Counted from the first letter of the stretch, positions 48,392 through 58,255 are shown. The stretch is DNA of 64,000 nt from an uncultured Planctomycetaceae bacterium (GCA_964605095.1 CAZSBS010000001.1:4790-68789), one strand, 5' to 3'. Notes: a model not told the origin generated them from the sequence alone. Translations and numbers: made by a program.

Positions 48392-49801
48392 TCAGGCCTG
48401 GGCGGGCATATCGAGCTTCTTGCTCTGGAGGCCTATGGCGGCCAGGATGATGTAGAGCACGAAGCCGACGATGAAAGCCGCCACCGGCGGGCAGGGCACC
48501 TTGTCGGCGATGTCTTTCATGCGTTCTATGCGCCCGATGAACGGGGCGGCGCCGACGGCGAAGCCGACGATCCAGGAGATCCATCCAGCCATGTTGAACC
48601 CGGCTCGCGGGCCGGGCCACTTGCGGCCGGCCAGGAGGTAGTCGGCCATCATGGCGCCGCAGACCGGGCCGAATGAAGCGCCGATGAGGGTGAACACGTC
48701 GGCAGCCTGGCCGGCCCAGCCGCTGATGGCCAGGGCGATGGCGACGGCGGTGCCAATGCCGCAGGAGATCAGCGGGTTGACCTTCGGCAGGGTGGTCTTG
48801 AAGCTGTTTGCGGCGATGAAGGCTGAGAAGCAGGCAGCCGGGAAAGCCGCGATGGCCAGCAGGTACATGAACACTACCCCGACCTTGGAACCCATGATCG
48901 CGCCCATCATCTCAGTGGGATTGAGGCCCTTGAGGCCGGTCGGATACATTCCGTAGGCGCCGGCGACGATCAGCAGGGCCAGTCCGCCGGCGAAGATGGT
49001 GGAAAGCGCCACACCGAAGAGCCCACCGAGCTGGACATCCTTGCCGTTGCGGTTGTTCATGGCGATGTCAACGCCCGCTGCCCCGGCCGTCGCGAAGAAG
49101 CCGACGACGTAAGCGATCATCAGGGCGAAGATGGCGAACGTCGACAGCGGCGAGGCCGCCCCGGCCGCCTGGGCCGAGGTCACCAGGGCGTTGGCGTCGA
49201 ACTTGCCCAGCCCGCCGACCGTCGCGACGAAGAGCACTATCAGGATGACAAACGGGATCAGCGGCAGGAAGGTGGCCACGCGGGCGACGTACTTGATGCC
49301 CTTGAGGCCCATGAATGCCCCGAGGATGGCCCACAAGGCCGCCACGATCATGTGCGGCACCGAATTCATCGCGTCAGCGGCCTTCTCGAAAAAGGGCATG
49401 ACCAGCAGCAAAGCGGAGAAGTACGCGTTGACGGCGAGCCATCCGAACTGGAGCACGCCCATCAGGAAGCCCGGCATCAGGAACCCGCCCTGCACGCCGT
49501 AGGTGCTCGTGCCGACGATGTACAGCGGCAGGCCCGTCTTCATGCCCATCAAGCCCGGCACGAGGTAGAACAGGAAGTGGCAGATCAGTGCCGCCGCGAC
49601 GAGGGCCAGAATCGCCGTGCCCAGGCCGTGGGCCAGAAAGCCGCCGGGCGCCGCGCTGCTACCGAAGGGAACCTGCTGCCAGAAAACAAACCACAGCATG
49701 ATGCCCGCGTACGTCTGGGCCGTGCTCTTGTACCACGGCACCCTGGCAGTCATCGGCAGGGGCTTGGCTGACGCGACATAATCCGGCAAGTTCGAAGCCA
49801 T
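48392..49801 (-). CDS. NCS1-family nucleobase (cytosine/purine-like) permease; track ORF N-terminus to 49945 is likely spurious
   Basis: 12 TM; ...GMKTGLPLYIVGTSTYGVQGGFLMPGFLMGVLQFGWLAVNAYF... resembles CodB-type core. Confidence 0.55.
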   Translation of the reverse strand: MASNLPDYVASAKPLPMTARVPWYKSTAQTYAGIMLWFVFWQQVPFGSSAAPGGFLAHGLGTAILALVAAALICHFLFYLVPGLMGMKTGLPLYIVGTSTYGVQGGFLMPGFLMGVLQFGWLAVNAYFSALLLVMPFFEKAADAMNSVPHMIVAALWAILGAFMGLKGIKYVARVATFLPLIPFVILIVLFVATVGGLGKFDANALVTSAQAAGAASPLSTFAIFALMIAYVVGFFATAGAAGVDIAMNNRNGKDVQLGGLFGVALSTIFAGGLALLIVAGAYGMYPTGLKGLNPTEMMGAIMGSKVGVVFMYLLAIAAFPAACFSAFIAANSFKTTLPKVNPLISCGIGTAVAIALAISGWAGQAADVFTLIGASFGPVCGAMMADYLLAGRKWPGPRAGFNMAGWISWIVGFAVGAAPFIGRIERMKDIADKVPCPPVAAFIVGFVLYIILAAIGLQSKKLDMPAQA

Positions 49802-50179
49802 GCGTGTTCTCCTTAATTCAGGGCTTCCTACTACGACTGGTCGCTTGGCCAGTCGCTCCTGCGCCACCGCTACCGGCTTGGCGCCGCGCGGCGGCAAGCC
49901 ATAACACGATCCTGAACCGCGCCCAGGCCGCTGCGGAACCGCCAATTCACGTGCAAAACTCTTGCGATGTGCGGTTCGCCAACCGATCCGACGCGAACAG
50001 TCAGGCCAACGGGTGCCGGCCGGACTTGAAACAATCTACCAGAGGTCCATAACGTTCCGCAAGTCCCTATCCGGGCAAATCATCCGGCGAATTGTCGATT
50101 TCCCAGCCGGCGGCCTTCTTGACCAAGGCCGTCCAATAGCGAAATCGTCTTCCCATTCTACTGCGATTGGGTACTCTGT

Positions 50180-51433
50180 ATGCCCATGCAAGCGATTATA
50201 TACGAGGTCAATCCGGTGGGCTGGGCAACGTGCAAGTGGCTTCGGTACTTCTGGCCCGGATGCCTGCTTTCGCGGCTTGCGGGCCTGAGCCTCCGGCACG
50301 TCGAGCCGCCGAGCCTTCCCGCCGACGACTGGGTCCGCGTTCGGACCCTTATGGCAGGCATCTGCGGGACGGACCTGTCGCTGCTGGCCCAGAAGCAGCC
50401 GCCGAACTCGCTGCTCCAGGCGTTCAGTTCCATGCCGATGGTCCTCGGGCACGAGGCGCTCGGCGAGGTCGTCGAGGTCGGCCCGGCGGTCGATCGCACC
50501 TGGCTGGGTCGCCGCGTATGCGTCGATCCGACGCTTGCCTGTGAGGCCCGGGGCATCGCTCCGCCATGCCCGCGCTGCATGGAGGGGCTCTACGGCGCCT
50601 GCCAGAACTTCGGGGCTTCTGGCCTGGGGCGCTCGAAGCTGCCTCCGGGCACGAGCATCGGCTACAACAGCCGGACCGGAGGGGCGTTCGCGGAAAACTT
50701 CGTCGCCCACGTCAGCCAGCTCGTCGCCGTTCCCGAAGGCGTGCCCGACGAACAGGCCGTACTTACCGACCCGGTGGCGTGCAGCCTGCACGCGGTGCTA
50801 CGCCTGGACCTGTCCCGCGTACGCAACCTGCTTATCTACGGCACCGGCGTGCTGGGCCTGGGGGCGGTGGCGGCGCTGCGGGCCGTCGGCTATGCCGGCC
50901 GGATCGACACGCTCGACATCTGCGCGTACCTCGGGGCGCTGGCGGGGGCTTTCGGGGCCGACGAGATGCTCCATCTTCCTGGCGACAGCCGCGAGCGGTT
51001 CGAGATTATCGCCCGGCGCACGGGCGGCACCGTGCAGCGAGCCCGGTTCGGCAACTACATGCTCTCCGGCGGCTACGATGCTGTGATAGACTGCGTGGGC
51101 TCGAAGCGGTCCATAACCGAATCGCTCAAGTGGACCACCAGCCGCGGGCAGATGGTTATGCTGGCCACCGGTCACGGACGAGGCGTGGACCTCACGCCGA
51201 TCTGGTTCACCGAACTGACTGTTCTTGGTACCTACGGCCGGCAGATTGAGAACTGGCAGGGCAGGCGGATTGGAACGTACCAACTCGTGCATGAGTTGAT
51301 GGCCGTGGGAAAGCTGAACGTCTCGGCGATGCTGACGCACAAGTTCCCCCTGGCCGAGTACCGCAGGGCGCTGGAGACGGGCATGTACAAGTCCGCCCAC
51401 AAGGCGGTGAAGGTGGCTTTTGACATGCGGTGA
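50180..51433 (+). CDS. zinc-dependent alcohol/threonine dehydrogenase-like (MDR superfamily)
   Basis: ...MAGICGTDLS...GHEALGEVVEVG...; Cys cluster CPRC...C for structural zinc. Confidence 0.75.
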   Translation: MPMQAIIYEVNPVGWATCKWLRYFWPGCLLSRLAGLSLRHVEPPSLPADDWVRVRTLMAGICGTDLSLLAQKQPPNSLLQAFSSMPMVLGHEALGEVVEVGPAVDRTWLGRRVCVDPTLACEARGIAPPCPRCMEGLYGACQNFGASGLGRSKLPPGTSIGYNSRTGGAFAENFVAHVSQLVAVPEGVPDEQAVLTDPVACSLHAVLRLDLSRVRNLLIYGTGVLGLGAVAALRAVGYAGRIDTLDICAYLGALAGAFGADEMLHLPGDSRERFEIIARRTGGTVQRARFGNYMLSGGYDAVIDCVGSKRSITESLKWTTSRGQMVMLATGHGRGVDLTPIWFTELTVLGTYGRQIENWQGRRIGTYQLVHELMAVGKLNVSAMLTHKFPLAEYRRALETGMYKSAHKAVKVAFDMR

Positions 51434-51454
51434 ACGTGAGACAATGCCGAGCCG

Positions 51455-51617
51455 AATGTTCAATACTCAATGCTCAATGTTCAATGAAGAGCTCCTTGTA
51501 GCAGTAGGTTGGAGAGTCCGGATGAGCGGTAAGAACGCGTGAAACGGCTGATGCCAGTTGAACATTTGAGATTGAACATTGAATTGAGCATTGAACATTG
51601 AGCATTGGACATTCGAC
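51455..51617. repeat. inverted repeat built from caatgttcaatgctcaat units flanking ~70-bp spacer
   Basis: aatgttcaatactcaatgctcaatgttcaatg ... gttgaacatttgagattgaacattgaattgagcattgaacattgagcattggacattcgac. Confidence 0.65.
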
Positions 51618-51644
51618 AGGCACCATATAAGGAAGGCACGAATA

Positions 51645-52172
51645 ATGGCTAAGACCGTCATGAAGAAGGCAAAGCCAGTGTGTTCGGTCGGTGTGGTTAT
51701 GGGCAGTGACAGCGACCTGCCAGTCATGCAGCGGTGCCTGGAGACTCTGGAGTCGTTTGGCATCGGCTACGAGGTGCGGATAATCTCCGCCCATCGGACG
51801 CCGGAGATCGCCCACGAGTACGCCGTGACGGCGGCGGCAAGGGGCCTGAAGGTGCTGATAGCCGCGGCTGGAATGAGTGCGGCCCTTGGCGGGGTGTTGG
51901 CGGCCGGGACCACGTTGCCCGTTATCGGCGTGCCGATGGCCAGCGGGCCGCTTGCGGGCATGGACGCCGCCATTAGCACCATGCAGATGCCGCCCGGCGT
52001 GCCGGTCGCCTGCATGGCAATCGACAAGGCCGGGGCGACCAACGCCGGCATATTCGCCGCCCAGATTCTCGCCGTCGCCGACAAGTCCGTCGCGGCAAGG
52101 CTGGTGGAGTTCAAGAAAGACCAGGCCCGCAAGGTCGTAGATCAAGACCAAGCGCTGAAACCTAAGGCGTGA
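51645..52172 (+). CDS. purE: N5-carboxyaminoimidazole ribonucleotide mutase
   Basis: RBS aaggaagg; VGVVMGSDSDLPVM...IAAAGMSAALGGVLAAGTTLPVIGVP PurE signature. Confidence 0.9.
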   Translation: MAKTVMKKAKPVCSVGVVMGSDSDLPVMQRCLETLESFGIGYEVRIISAHRTPEIAHEYAVTAAARGLKVLIAAAGMSAALGGVLAAGTTLPVIGVPMASGPLAGMDAAISTMQMPPGVPVACMAIDKAGATNAGIFAAQILAVADKSVAARLVEFKKDQARKVVDQDQALKPKA

Positions 52173-52737
52173 TTATGCTCTTGCCCTTGCCGCCCGAAGG
52201 AGATACGGTCGGGTTTGCCGACTCCTCGGCCTGGCCGTCAGCCGCTGCGCCATCGGGATTGGGGTCCAGCTTCTCGCCGCCCTTGGCGGAGTTTGCGCTT
52301 ATCACGCAGGTGTTGGTGTTGTAATACCAGCTGGATGTGGAGTTGCGGGGTGGGGTGGTTTCTGTGCCGAATAGAACGGTCCCAGCCGTCCCGGCCGACG
52401 TGATGAACGGGTTTGTCGGCCAGTCCACCATGTACGGACCGCACGTGCCGTTGGGAGTGATCTTGCCGTCTGGGTTGGTCCGCCCGGTCAGGCGGGCCTG
52501 GAAGTTGGTCTTGTCCAGGTTGCCATCGGCGTCGAGGTGTGGCCCGTTTCCCCCATGGTGGACCTTGTAGACAAGTATTTGCCGGCGCATCATCTGGATG
52601 TCCGTTTCGATGGCCGATTCGCGGGCGTCATCCTGCGCGTTGACGATGTGCGGCACGATCATGGCCGCGAGAATCGCCAGCAGCATGATGACGATCATTA
52701 TCTCAATCAGTGTAAACCCGTGTTGGCGGTTTGTCAT
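52162..52737 (-). CDS. prepilin-type N-terminal cleavage/methylation domain protein (DUF1559-like pseudopilin)
   Basis: MTNRQHG/FTLIEIMIVIMLLAILAAMIVP class III signal; DUF1559-like C-terminus. Confidence 0.85.
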   Translation of the reverse strand: MTNRQHGFTLIEIMIVIMLLAILAAMIVPHIVNAQDDARESAIETDIQMMRRQILVYKVHHGGNGPHLDADGNLDKTNFQARLTGRTNPDGKITPNGTCGPYMVDWPTNPFITSAGTAGTVLFGTETTPPRNSTSSWYYNTNTCVISANSAKGGEKLDPNPDGAAADGQAEESANPTVSPSGGKGKSIITP

Positions 52738-52787
52738 ATTGGCGATCCCCTTATGTCCTGTCACTCAACGCCTGGAATCGATTTTCG

Positions 52788-53672
52788 TCATATCCGAATA
52801 GTGAACCGCTTTCCGTTGGCTGTCAGTTCCACTTCGTACTGGCCGATTTTCACTACTAGGGCGCCTTGTATGGTCTGGCCTTCCCTGTATAGTCCACCGT
52901 TGATCAGCGCCACGTTTCCGCCGGGGCCCCGCATTATCGCGGTGACGCGAAGTTTCGAGGGGTCCAGATTGTCCGAAGGCTCCGGCGCGGGTTTGGCTGG
53001 CGCGGTCGTGGCCGGTGGGGCGGCTGGCGCGGCGCTGGGCGGGGCCGAGGGCGGCTCGCCTGGCTGGGCTGGGTCAGTTGCGGGCGGGGTCGCCGAATCG
53101 CCCTGTTGCGGCCTGGCCGGAGATGGTTGACCGGTTTCGTCAGCCTGCGGCCCGGCCTTGGCCAGGCCCGCGGACTCGTCGGCCCGCTCATTCTGCCGGG
53201 CCTCCTGGAGCTTTCGCATCGCCGCCGTGAAGGCGTCCTTGACATTGCTCGCGACGATGCCGCCCTTGGTGCCGCCCTTTGCTGCGGCATTGTCACGGGC
53301 CTGGCTGTCAGTATTGTGCCCGTTGAGCGACGGGTCGGGCGCGGATCGCTCAGCCGCCGCTTGCATCTGCGCTGGCGTCATGGGCTTTTCTACATCTTGC
53401 ATCGACTCACCGGATGCGCTTGCCGGACCTACCTGCCCGGTGGACCGGCCCCAGAAATACCAGGCGGCGAAACACGCCGTCGCCACCAGTGCGAGCATCA
53501 GCAGCCTGGACGTCGGACGCCGCGGGCGGCGAGGTTCTTCAACCGTCGGCCTTGCGGGCGGGGGGACGTCGTCACCCTCAGGCATCATGACCGTCAGGTT
53601 GTTGAAGTAAGGCGAAGAGTTGCGGAGCTTGTCGCTCTCGGAACGCTTGAGCGCCTCGTTTATCAGGCTCAT
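52788..53672 (-). CDS. GspB/ExeB-like membrane protein with Pro/Ala-rich linker
   Basis: N-term cytoplasmic, TM LLMLALVATACFAAWYFW, Pro-rich PATDPAQPGEPPSAPPSAAPAAPPATTAP, C-terminal beta-rich domain; translationally coupled to exeA-like gene. Confidence 0.5.
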   Translation of the reverse strand: MSLINEALKRSESDKLRNSSPYFNNLTVMMPEGDDVPPPARPTVEEPRRPRRPTSRLLMLALVATACFAAWYFWGRSTGQVGPASASGESMQDVEKPMTPAQMQAAAERSAPDPSLNGHNTDSQARDNAAAKGGTKGGIVASNVKDAFTAAMRKLQEARQNERADESAGLAKAGPQADETGQPSPARPQQGDSATPPATDPAQPGEPPSAPPSAAPAAPPATTAPAKPAPEPSDNLDPSKLRVTAIMRGPGGNVALINGGLYREGQTIQGALVVKIGQYEVELTANGKRFTIRI

Positions 53673-54493
53673 CAGCCTGCCTCCTTAAGCTCGTTAAGCG
53701 CTAGCTGTACTATCCCGCGGTCTATCGTCGCGGTCCTGTAGACGTATCCGGCCAGCAGGGCCTTGTCGCTTATGGCGTTTATCATTCGCGGCGTGCCATT
53801 GGAGTACCTGAATATCTCGCGAACCGCGCCGTAATCGAAACGAACCGCGTTTTGGTCGCTGTCGTCCTGCCCCGCTATCTTCAAGCGGTGGCGGATATAC
53901 CCGGCCGTGTCCTCCGCGGACATCGTCTTGAGGTGATAACGGACGGTTATCCGCTGGGCCAACTGCCGCAGGGCGGGGTTGTTCAGCGTCGTGCGCAGCT
54001 CCGGCTGGCCTACAAGGACGATCTGCAACAGCTTCTGACGCTCCGTCTCGAGGTTGCTCAGAAGGCGGACCATCTCCAGGCCCTGGATCGTCATGTCCTG
54101 GGCCTCGTCGATTATCAGCACCGCGTCCTGCCCGTAAGAATTGATCCGCAGCAGGAACTCGTTGAGCAACTGGAGATACCCCAGGCGGTCCTTGCGATTG
54201 GTGTGGATGCCGAACTCGTCGACGATCGCGCGGATCATCTGCGTTTCGGTCAGCATCGGGTTTAGGATAAGGGCGGTCTGGCAGGTGTCGCCCAGTTCCT
54301 TGAGCAGCGCTCGGCAGAGTGTGGTCTTGCCCGCTCCGACCTCGCCGGTCAGGCAGATGAACCCCTTGCGTTGGCGTATTCCGTAGAGCAGGTGGTTCAT
54401 CGCCTCGCGATGCTGCTCCGTCAGGTACAGGTATCGCGGATCTGGTGTGATGGTGAAAGGCTCTTCCTGAAGCCGGTAGTAATCCCTGTACAT
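53672..54493 (-). CDS. ExeA/GspA-family AAA ATPase
   Basis: 273 aa; Walker A GEVGAGKTT; Walker B LIIDEAQ; ExeA-like flanks. Confidence 0.75.
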   Translation of the reverse strand: MYRDYYRLQEEPFTITPDPRYLYLTEQHREAMNHLLYGIRQRKGFICLTGEVGAGKTTLCRALLKELGDTCQTALILNPMLTETQMIRAIVDEFGIHTNRKDRLGYLQLLNEFLLRINSYGQDAVLIIDEAQDMTIQGLEMVRLLSNLETERQKLLQIVLVGQPELRTTLNNPALRQLAQRITVRYHLKTMSAEDTAGYIRHRLKIAGQDDSDQNAVRFDYGAVREIFRYSNGTPRMINAISDKALLAGYVYRTATIDRGIVQLALNELKEAG

Positions 54494-54753
54494 GGTCCTA
54501 TACCTTGCCTCTGCGGCATTGTGTGCCGGTCCCTGCTCCTTTCCAAAAGCGGCAGATGCCGCCGAACACCCGGCACCGGGTTAGCTCCATCATTCATTCG
54601 GCAGCCGGGAGGGTGTACTTAATCAACAAACCGGCAAAAACCACACCCCTCTGTCCAGTTTGACCGGCGGGGAAGAATCGTTTGCGCGCAGAAAAAGCCA
54701 CACTCGGATTCGCCCGACGATATAATGAATCGTAGCTTTCCAGGGAAGTCCCA

Positions 54754-55245
54754 ATGGGCGGCCGGCCAGCAACGAAAGCTCCGGCCAGATGGGACGCACT
54801 GGAGGCATTGGATAACATGCGGCGAATTATAGGATTAGCTTTGCTGATTGGCGTATTCCTGGGCGGTTACCACCTTGGCCGGCAAAAGGACAGCCCGGAC
54901 ATCGTCGGCTATGCGCGCCAGGCGGTGGTGGCTGTGGCGACCGTCGCCGGCGACATAGCCGAGTCATTCTCCACCAAAAACGCCGACCGCGGCGACCAGA
55001 CCGACCGCACCAGCCGTAGCGTAACACGCGCCGATAACCGCGCTGGTGTCGATCCCGCCGGCGACACGCGAGCCTATGTCAATCAGTACTACGCCCCCGG
55101 GCCCTCGCGCTACGCCCTGGCCGAGGACCAGCCGACGCCGTCCCAGGCGGATGCCCCGGCCGCCGCCCAGACGACAGCCCAGCCGGGCGTCGACTGGGTC
55201 GCCCGCGTCTGGCAGTCTCTCCAGCAGCCCAAACAAGAGAAATGA
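54754..55245 (+). CDS. hypothetical small membrane protein (start may be 54817)
   Basis: TM IIGLALLIGVFLGGYHL; coding-like GC3; tataat at 54722. Confidence 0.4.
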   Translation: MGGRPATKAPARWDALEALDNMRRIIGLALLIGVFLGGYHLGRQKDSPDIVGYARQAVVAVATVAGDIAESFSTKNADRGDQTDRTSRSVTRADNRAGVDPAGDTRAYVNQYYAPGPSRYALAEDQPTPSQADAPAAAQTTAQPGVDWVARVWQSLQQPKQEK

Positions 55246-55543
55246 AGCATTGATTCACGCTCCCGCCCGGGATGTGTTGTTTGCAGTTGTTTGCATAAGA
55301 CCATCAACCCCGCCAACGGAAGCCCCACATCCGATTCGACCTGAAAGTGTTATCCTGCCTTCGGGCCCCTTTCCCTCAGCCGGTCGTCATGCGTCGGCAG
55401 CCTAGCGCTATCGCCCGCGAGCTGATGGAAGTCCTTGCCAGAACTTCTTACAGAAAGACAGAAAGGCTTCACATAATAGCTTGCATACCTGTTCGTGTAG
55501 TATTACCATGCCTCCTATCTTATATCTTTGAAAGGAAACGAAT

Positions 55544-56272
55544 ATGCCACGGCCGAAGCTATCCAACATTCCTATTGAGACATTGAAGAAGGAACTAGAT
55601 CGCCGCATTGCCAGGGTTGAGGCACTCAAGGCCCAGCGCGACAAGCTGGACCGGGAGATAGCGAAACTAGAAGGGTTGGCGGTGCAAACTGTCAGTAAGC
55701 CGGGTCCCAAGCCGGGCCGCAAGCCGGGTCCGAAGCCGGGCCGCAAACGCGGCCCCAAGCCCGGCCGAAAGCCCAGGGCCGCCCGCGGCGGCGCCAAGCC
55801 GCTGGGACAGTACGTTCGTCAGGTTCTTGCCGGTGCGCCGGGCGGAATGAACATTGCCGCCATAGAAAAGGCCGTCATCGTCGCTGGTTATCAGACCAGG
55901 GCCGAGTCGATCTACAATCCCATCCTGAAGGTCATTCGCAAGGGCGGGTACAAGAAGGTCTCGCGCGGCGTGTACGCATTGAAGTCCGCGCTGACCGCCG
56001 CGAAGCCGGCAAAGAAGGCCGCGAAGAAGGCCCCCGCGCCCGCCAAGGCCAAGGGTGCTCGCAAACGCAAGAAATACGATCAGACAGCCGAGCAGTTCGT
56101 CCTCGGTCTCGTCAAGGACAAGGGCGATTCCTCGTCTGACATCAACAAGGCGTGGAAGGCTGCGGGCAGGACCGGCCGGGCCGACAACACGCTCAATAAG
56201 ATGCTCAAGGCCGGCAAGCTCAAGAGGCAGAAGATCGTGGGAACAAAGGGCAGCATGTACACCGTTGCCTGA
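55544..56272 (+). CDS. lysine-rich DNA-binding protein with AT-hook-like KPGRKPG repeats (histone-like)
   Basis: N-terminal coiled coil then GPKPGRKPGPKPGRKRGPKPGRKP; C-terminal Lys/Ala-rich tail; AT-rich upstream region. Confidence 0.6.
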   Translation: MPRPKLSNIPIETLKKELDRRIARVEALKAQRDKLDREIAKLEGLAVQTVSKPGPKPGRKPGPKPGRKRGPKPGRKPRAARGGAKPLGQYVRQVLAGAPGGMNIAAIEKAVIVAGYQTRAESIYNPILKVIRKGGYKKVSRGVYALKSALTAAKPAKKAAKKAPAPAKAKGARKRKKYDQTAEQFVLGLVKDKGDSSSDINKAWKAAGRTGRADNTLNKMLKAGKLKRQKIVGTKGSMYTVA

Positions 56273-56478
56273 GCCGAGTCGCCGCCGCGAGCGGCCACGG
56301 GCTCTCCCATAGCCAAACGTTGCCACCAAGCGGGCGGATGTCACTATCCGCCCGTTGGCATGCGCAATTGCACTTGCTGTGTGCTCATGTTCATCGGGTG
56401 TCGAACGGCATGTGGCTATTCGTCTTCGGGGCCTGTCGAGCACTTCCGGGAAACGCTCCAGCGGGCGATCGGGTTCTG

Positions 56479-57522
56479 TCAGGCGTTGTTTCCTTGTGCT
56501 TGGGCTTGTTCGGTGGGGCGCCTGGCGCCGGCTTTTCGGGCGACGAGGCGGACCGGGGCGTGGTAGGGGTTCTCGTGCGGTCGTTCGGCGGCGAACAAGC
56601 ACATGCCGCCCCAGCCCGCGCGGCAAGTTTCGCCCATGTCGCAGCCGGTGGATCGGCCCTGGGGTTGCATCGGGCGGACGCGGCGGCTGTAGGAGAACGC
56701 CCCCGGGCTTCGCCATATTTCGGCGAGCGTCTGGGTGTGCAGGTTGCCCTCGATGAACCGCTCGTCGGCGAGCGCCTGGCATCCCCTTACGTTGCCGGCG
56801 CTGTCGATGCCCACTCCGCGCAGTCCGGCCTGGCAGCCGATGTCGTTGGTCGCGTAGATGCTCATTTTGCCTTCGGCGCATTTTTCGGCGATGAATCGTG
56901 CTACCTCGGGCATCCGCCGGGGGCTAAGCGCTGGGTCCGACGGCGCGGCTTGGCTTGCCGCGGGCGCAGCGAACTGAATCTGCCAGAGTCCCACTCCCAG
57001 GCCCGCCAGCATGTCGTACATGGCGGGCAGGTCGCCGGCGTTGGATTCCAGCAGGCTCGTCACCACACCGACCGGGAACCCCTCGGCCCGTAGGCTGCCC
57101 ACCAGGTCACAGGCGCGCCGGAACGAGCCCGGCACGCCCCTGATGCTTTCGTGGCTGGCTTTCATGCCGTCAATGGCCACGCCGATGTTCGCCGGGCGGG
57201 CGCGGCGAAGCTGGTCGATCAGCTTCCGGCCGGACAGCAGGCCGTTGGTGATGACGTTCACCCGGACCTTGCCGTCGCCCAGCCGCCGGGCTATCCTGTC
57301 CCAGCCCTCGTACAGGAAGGCCTCCCCGCCGATAAGCGTAACCTGCCGGCAGCCCTGCTCGATAAGTTGCTCAGCCACTCGCAGGCATTCGTGCAAGGTC
57401 AACTCGCCCAGGGCGCTTGTGGCGCCGGGGGATTCGCAATTCAAGCACCGCATGTTGCAGCGCAGGGTCAGTTCCCAGACGCATTGCTCGATTTTGTATG
57501 GAAACTCGCTCATTGCGTACAT
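56479..57522 (-). CDS. radical SAM protein with C-terminal Cys-rich (SPASM-like) region; in-frame upstream extension to 57702 possible
   Basis: CNMRCLNC (Cx3Cx2C) near N-terminus; C-terminal cysteines ...GCQA...CDMGETC...C. Confidence 0.7.
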   Translation of the reverse strand: MYAMSEFPYKIEQCVWELTLRCNMRCLNCESPGATSALGELTLHECLRVAEQLIEQGCRQVTLIGGEAFLYEGWDRIARRLGDGKVRVNVITNGLLSGRKLIDQLRRARPANIGVAIDGMKASHESIRGVPGSFRRACDLVGSLRAEGFPVGVVTSLLESNAGDLPAMYDMLAGLGVGLWQIQFAAPAASQAAPSDPALSPRRMPEVARFIAEKCAEGKMSIYATNDIGCQAGLRGVGIDSAGNVRGCQALADERFIEGNLHTQTLAEIWRSPGAFSYSRRVRPMQPQGRSTGCDMGETCRAGWGGMCLFAAERPHENPYHAPVRLVARKAGARRPTEQAQAQGNNA

Positions 57523-57732
57523 GCTCCCAGGCGAAATGCCTCTAGAACAGAATTGTTTCCGGCCCTCTCGACGCGTCGTTCCGTCGCCCGGCAAGCCGCG
57601 CCCCGCCGTGGGCGGGCACATGAGTTGCAAACCGCCAGTAGATCTTAGTACTCTCCGGCCGATTTTGCCAAGAGGAATTGATGAATGAATTTGCCGGAGC
57701 ACTTGCGGGGCGAGGAATCGGGGCTGGCGGGA

Positions 57733-58155
57733 TCATTCCTCGCCGGCTGGTCTGCGGCGGAGGCGTTTGGTGTCGGAACGGGTGCGTTTGGTTTCGAGGC
57801 GTTTGGTTCGCGATGCGGCGGTGGGGGCGGTGGGCTTGCGGCATTTTGGTGGGCGGGCGGCCTGGCGGATGAGCTCGACGAGCCGCTCGATAGCGGCCTG
57901 GCGGTTGGCGGCCTGCGAGCGGGATTCGCGGGAGTCGAGGATCAGCTCTCCGTCGTCGGTCATGCGGGCGCCCGCGAGTTTGCCCAGGCGGGCCTTGACG
58001 GGCTCGGAAAGGCTTGGCGAGTTTCGCACGTCGAACCTCAACTGCACGGCCGTGGCGACCTTGTTGACGTGCTGGCCGCCGGGGCCGCCGGCGCGGATGA
58101 AGGACATGTGGATTTCGCTCTCGCCTATCGAGATGGATTGAGTTATCTGGATCAT
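57733..58155 (-). CDS. arfB: peptidyl-tRNA hydrolase ArfB (alternative ribosome-rescue factor B)
   Basis: MIQITQS...FIRAGGPGGQHVNKVATAVQLRFD GGQ motif; basic C-terminal tail. Confidence 0.85.
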   Translation of the reverse strand: MIQITQSISIGESEIHMSFIRAGGPGGQHVNKVATAVQLRFDVRNSPSLSEPVKARLGKLAGARMTDDGELILDSRESRSQAANRQAAIERLVELIRQAARPPKCRKPTAPTAASRTKRLETKRTRSDTKRLRRRPAGEE

Positions 58156-58170
58156 TCTTCCCAAGGCTCA

Positions 58171-58245
58171 CAGGACCCATGCCATAGGACCTACAAGACC
58201 TGTAGGACTCATAGGTCTCATAAGTCCCATAGGACCTATTCCATG
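58171..58245. repeat. simple-sequence block of ataggacct / aggtcctat-type palindromic units
   Basis: ccataggacctacaagacctgtaggactcataggtctcataagtcccataggacctattccatgg. Confidence 0.55.
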
Positions 58246-58255
58246 GGAGCATCTT

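Noticed and set aside
55667-56881. 404-aa minus-strand ORF opposite the Lys-rich protein gene
   Set aside because: Extreme Arg/Pro/Gly composition typical of antisense GC-rich frames; + strand gene has RBS and coherent domain structure
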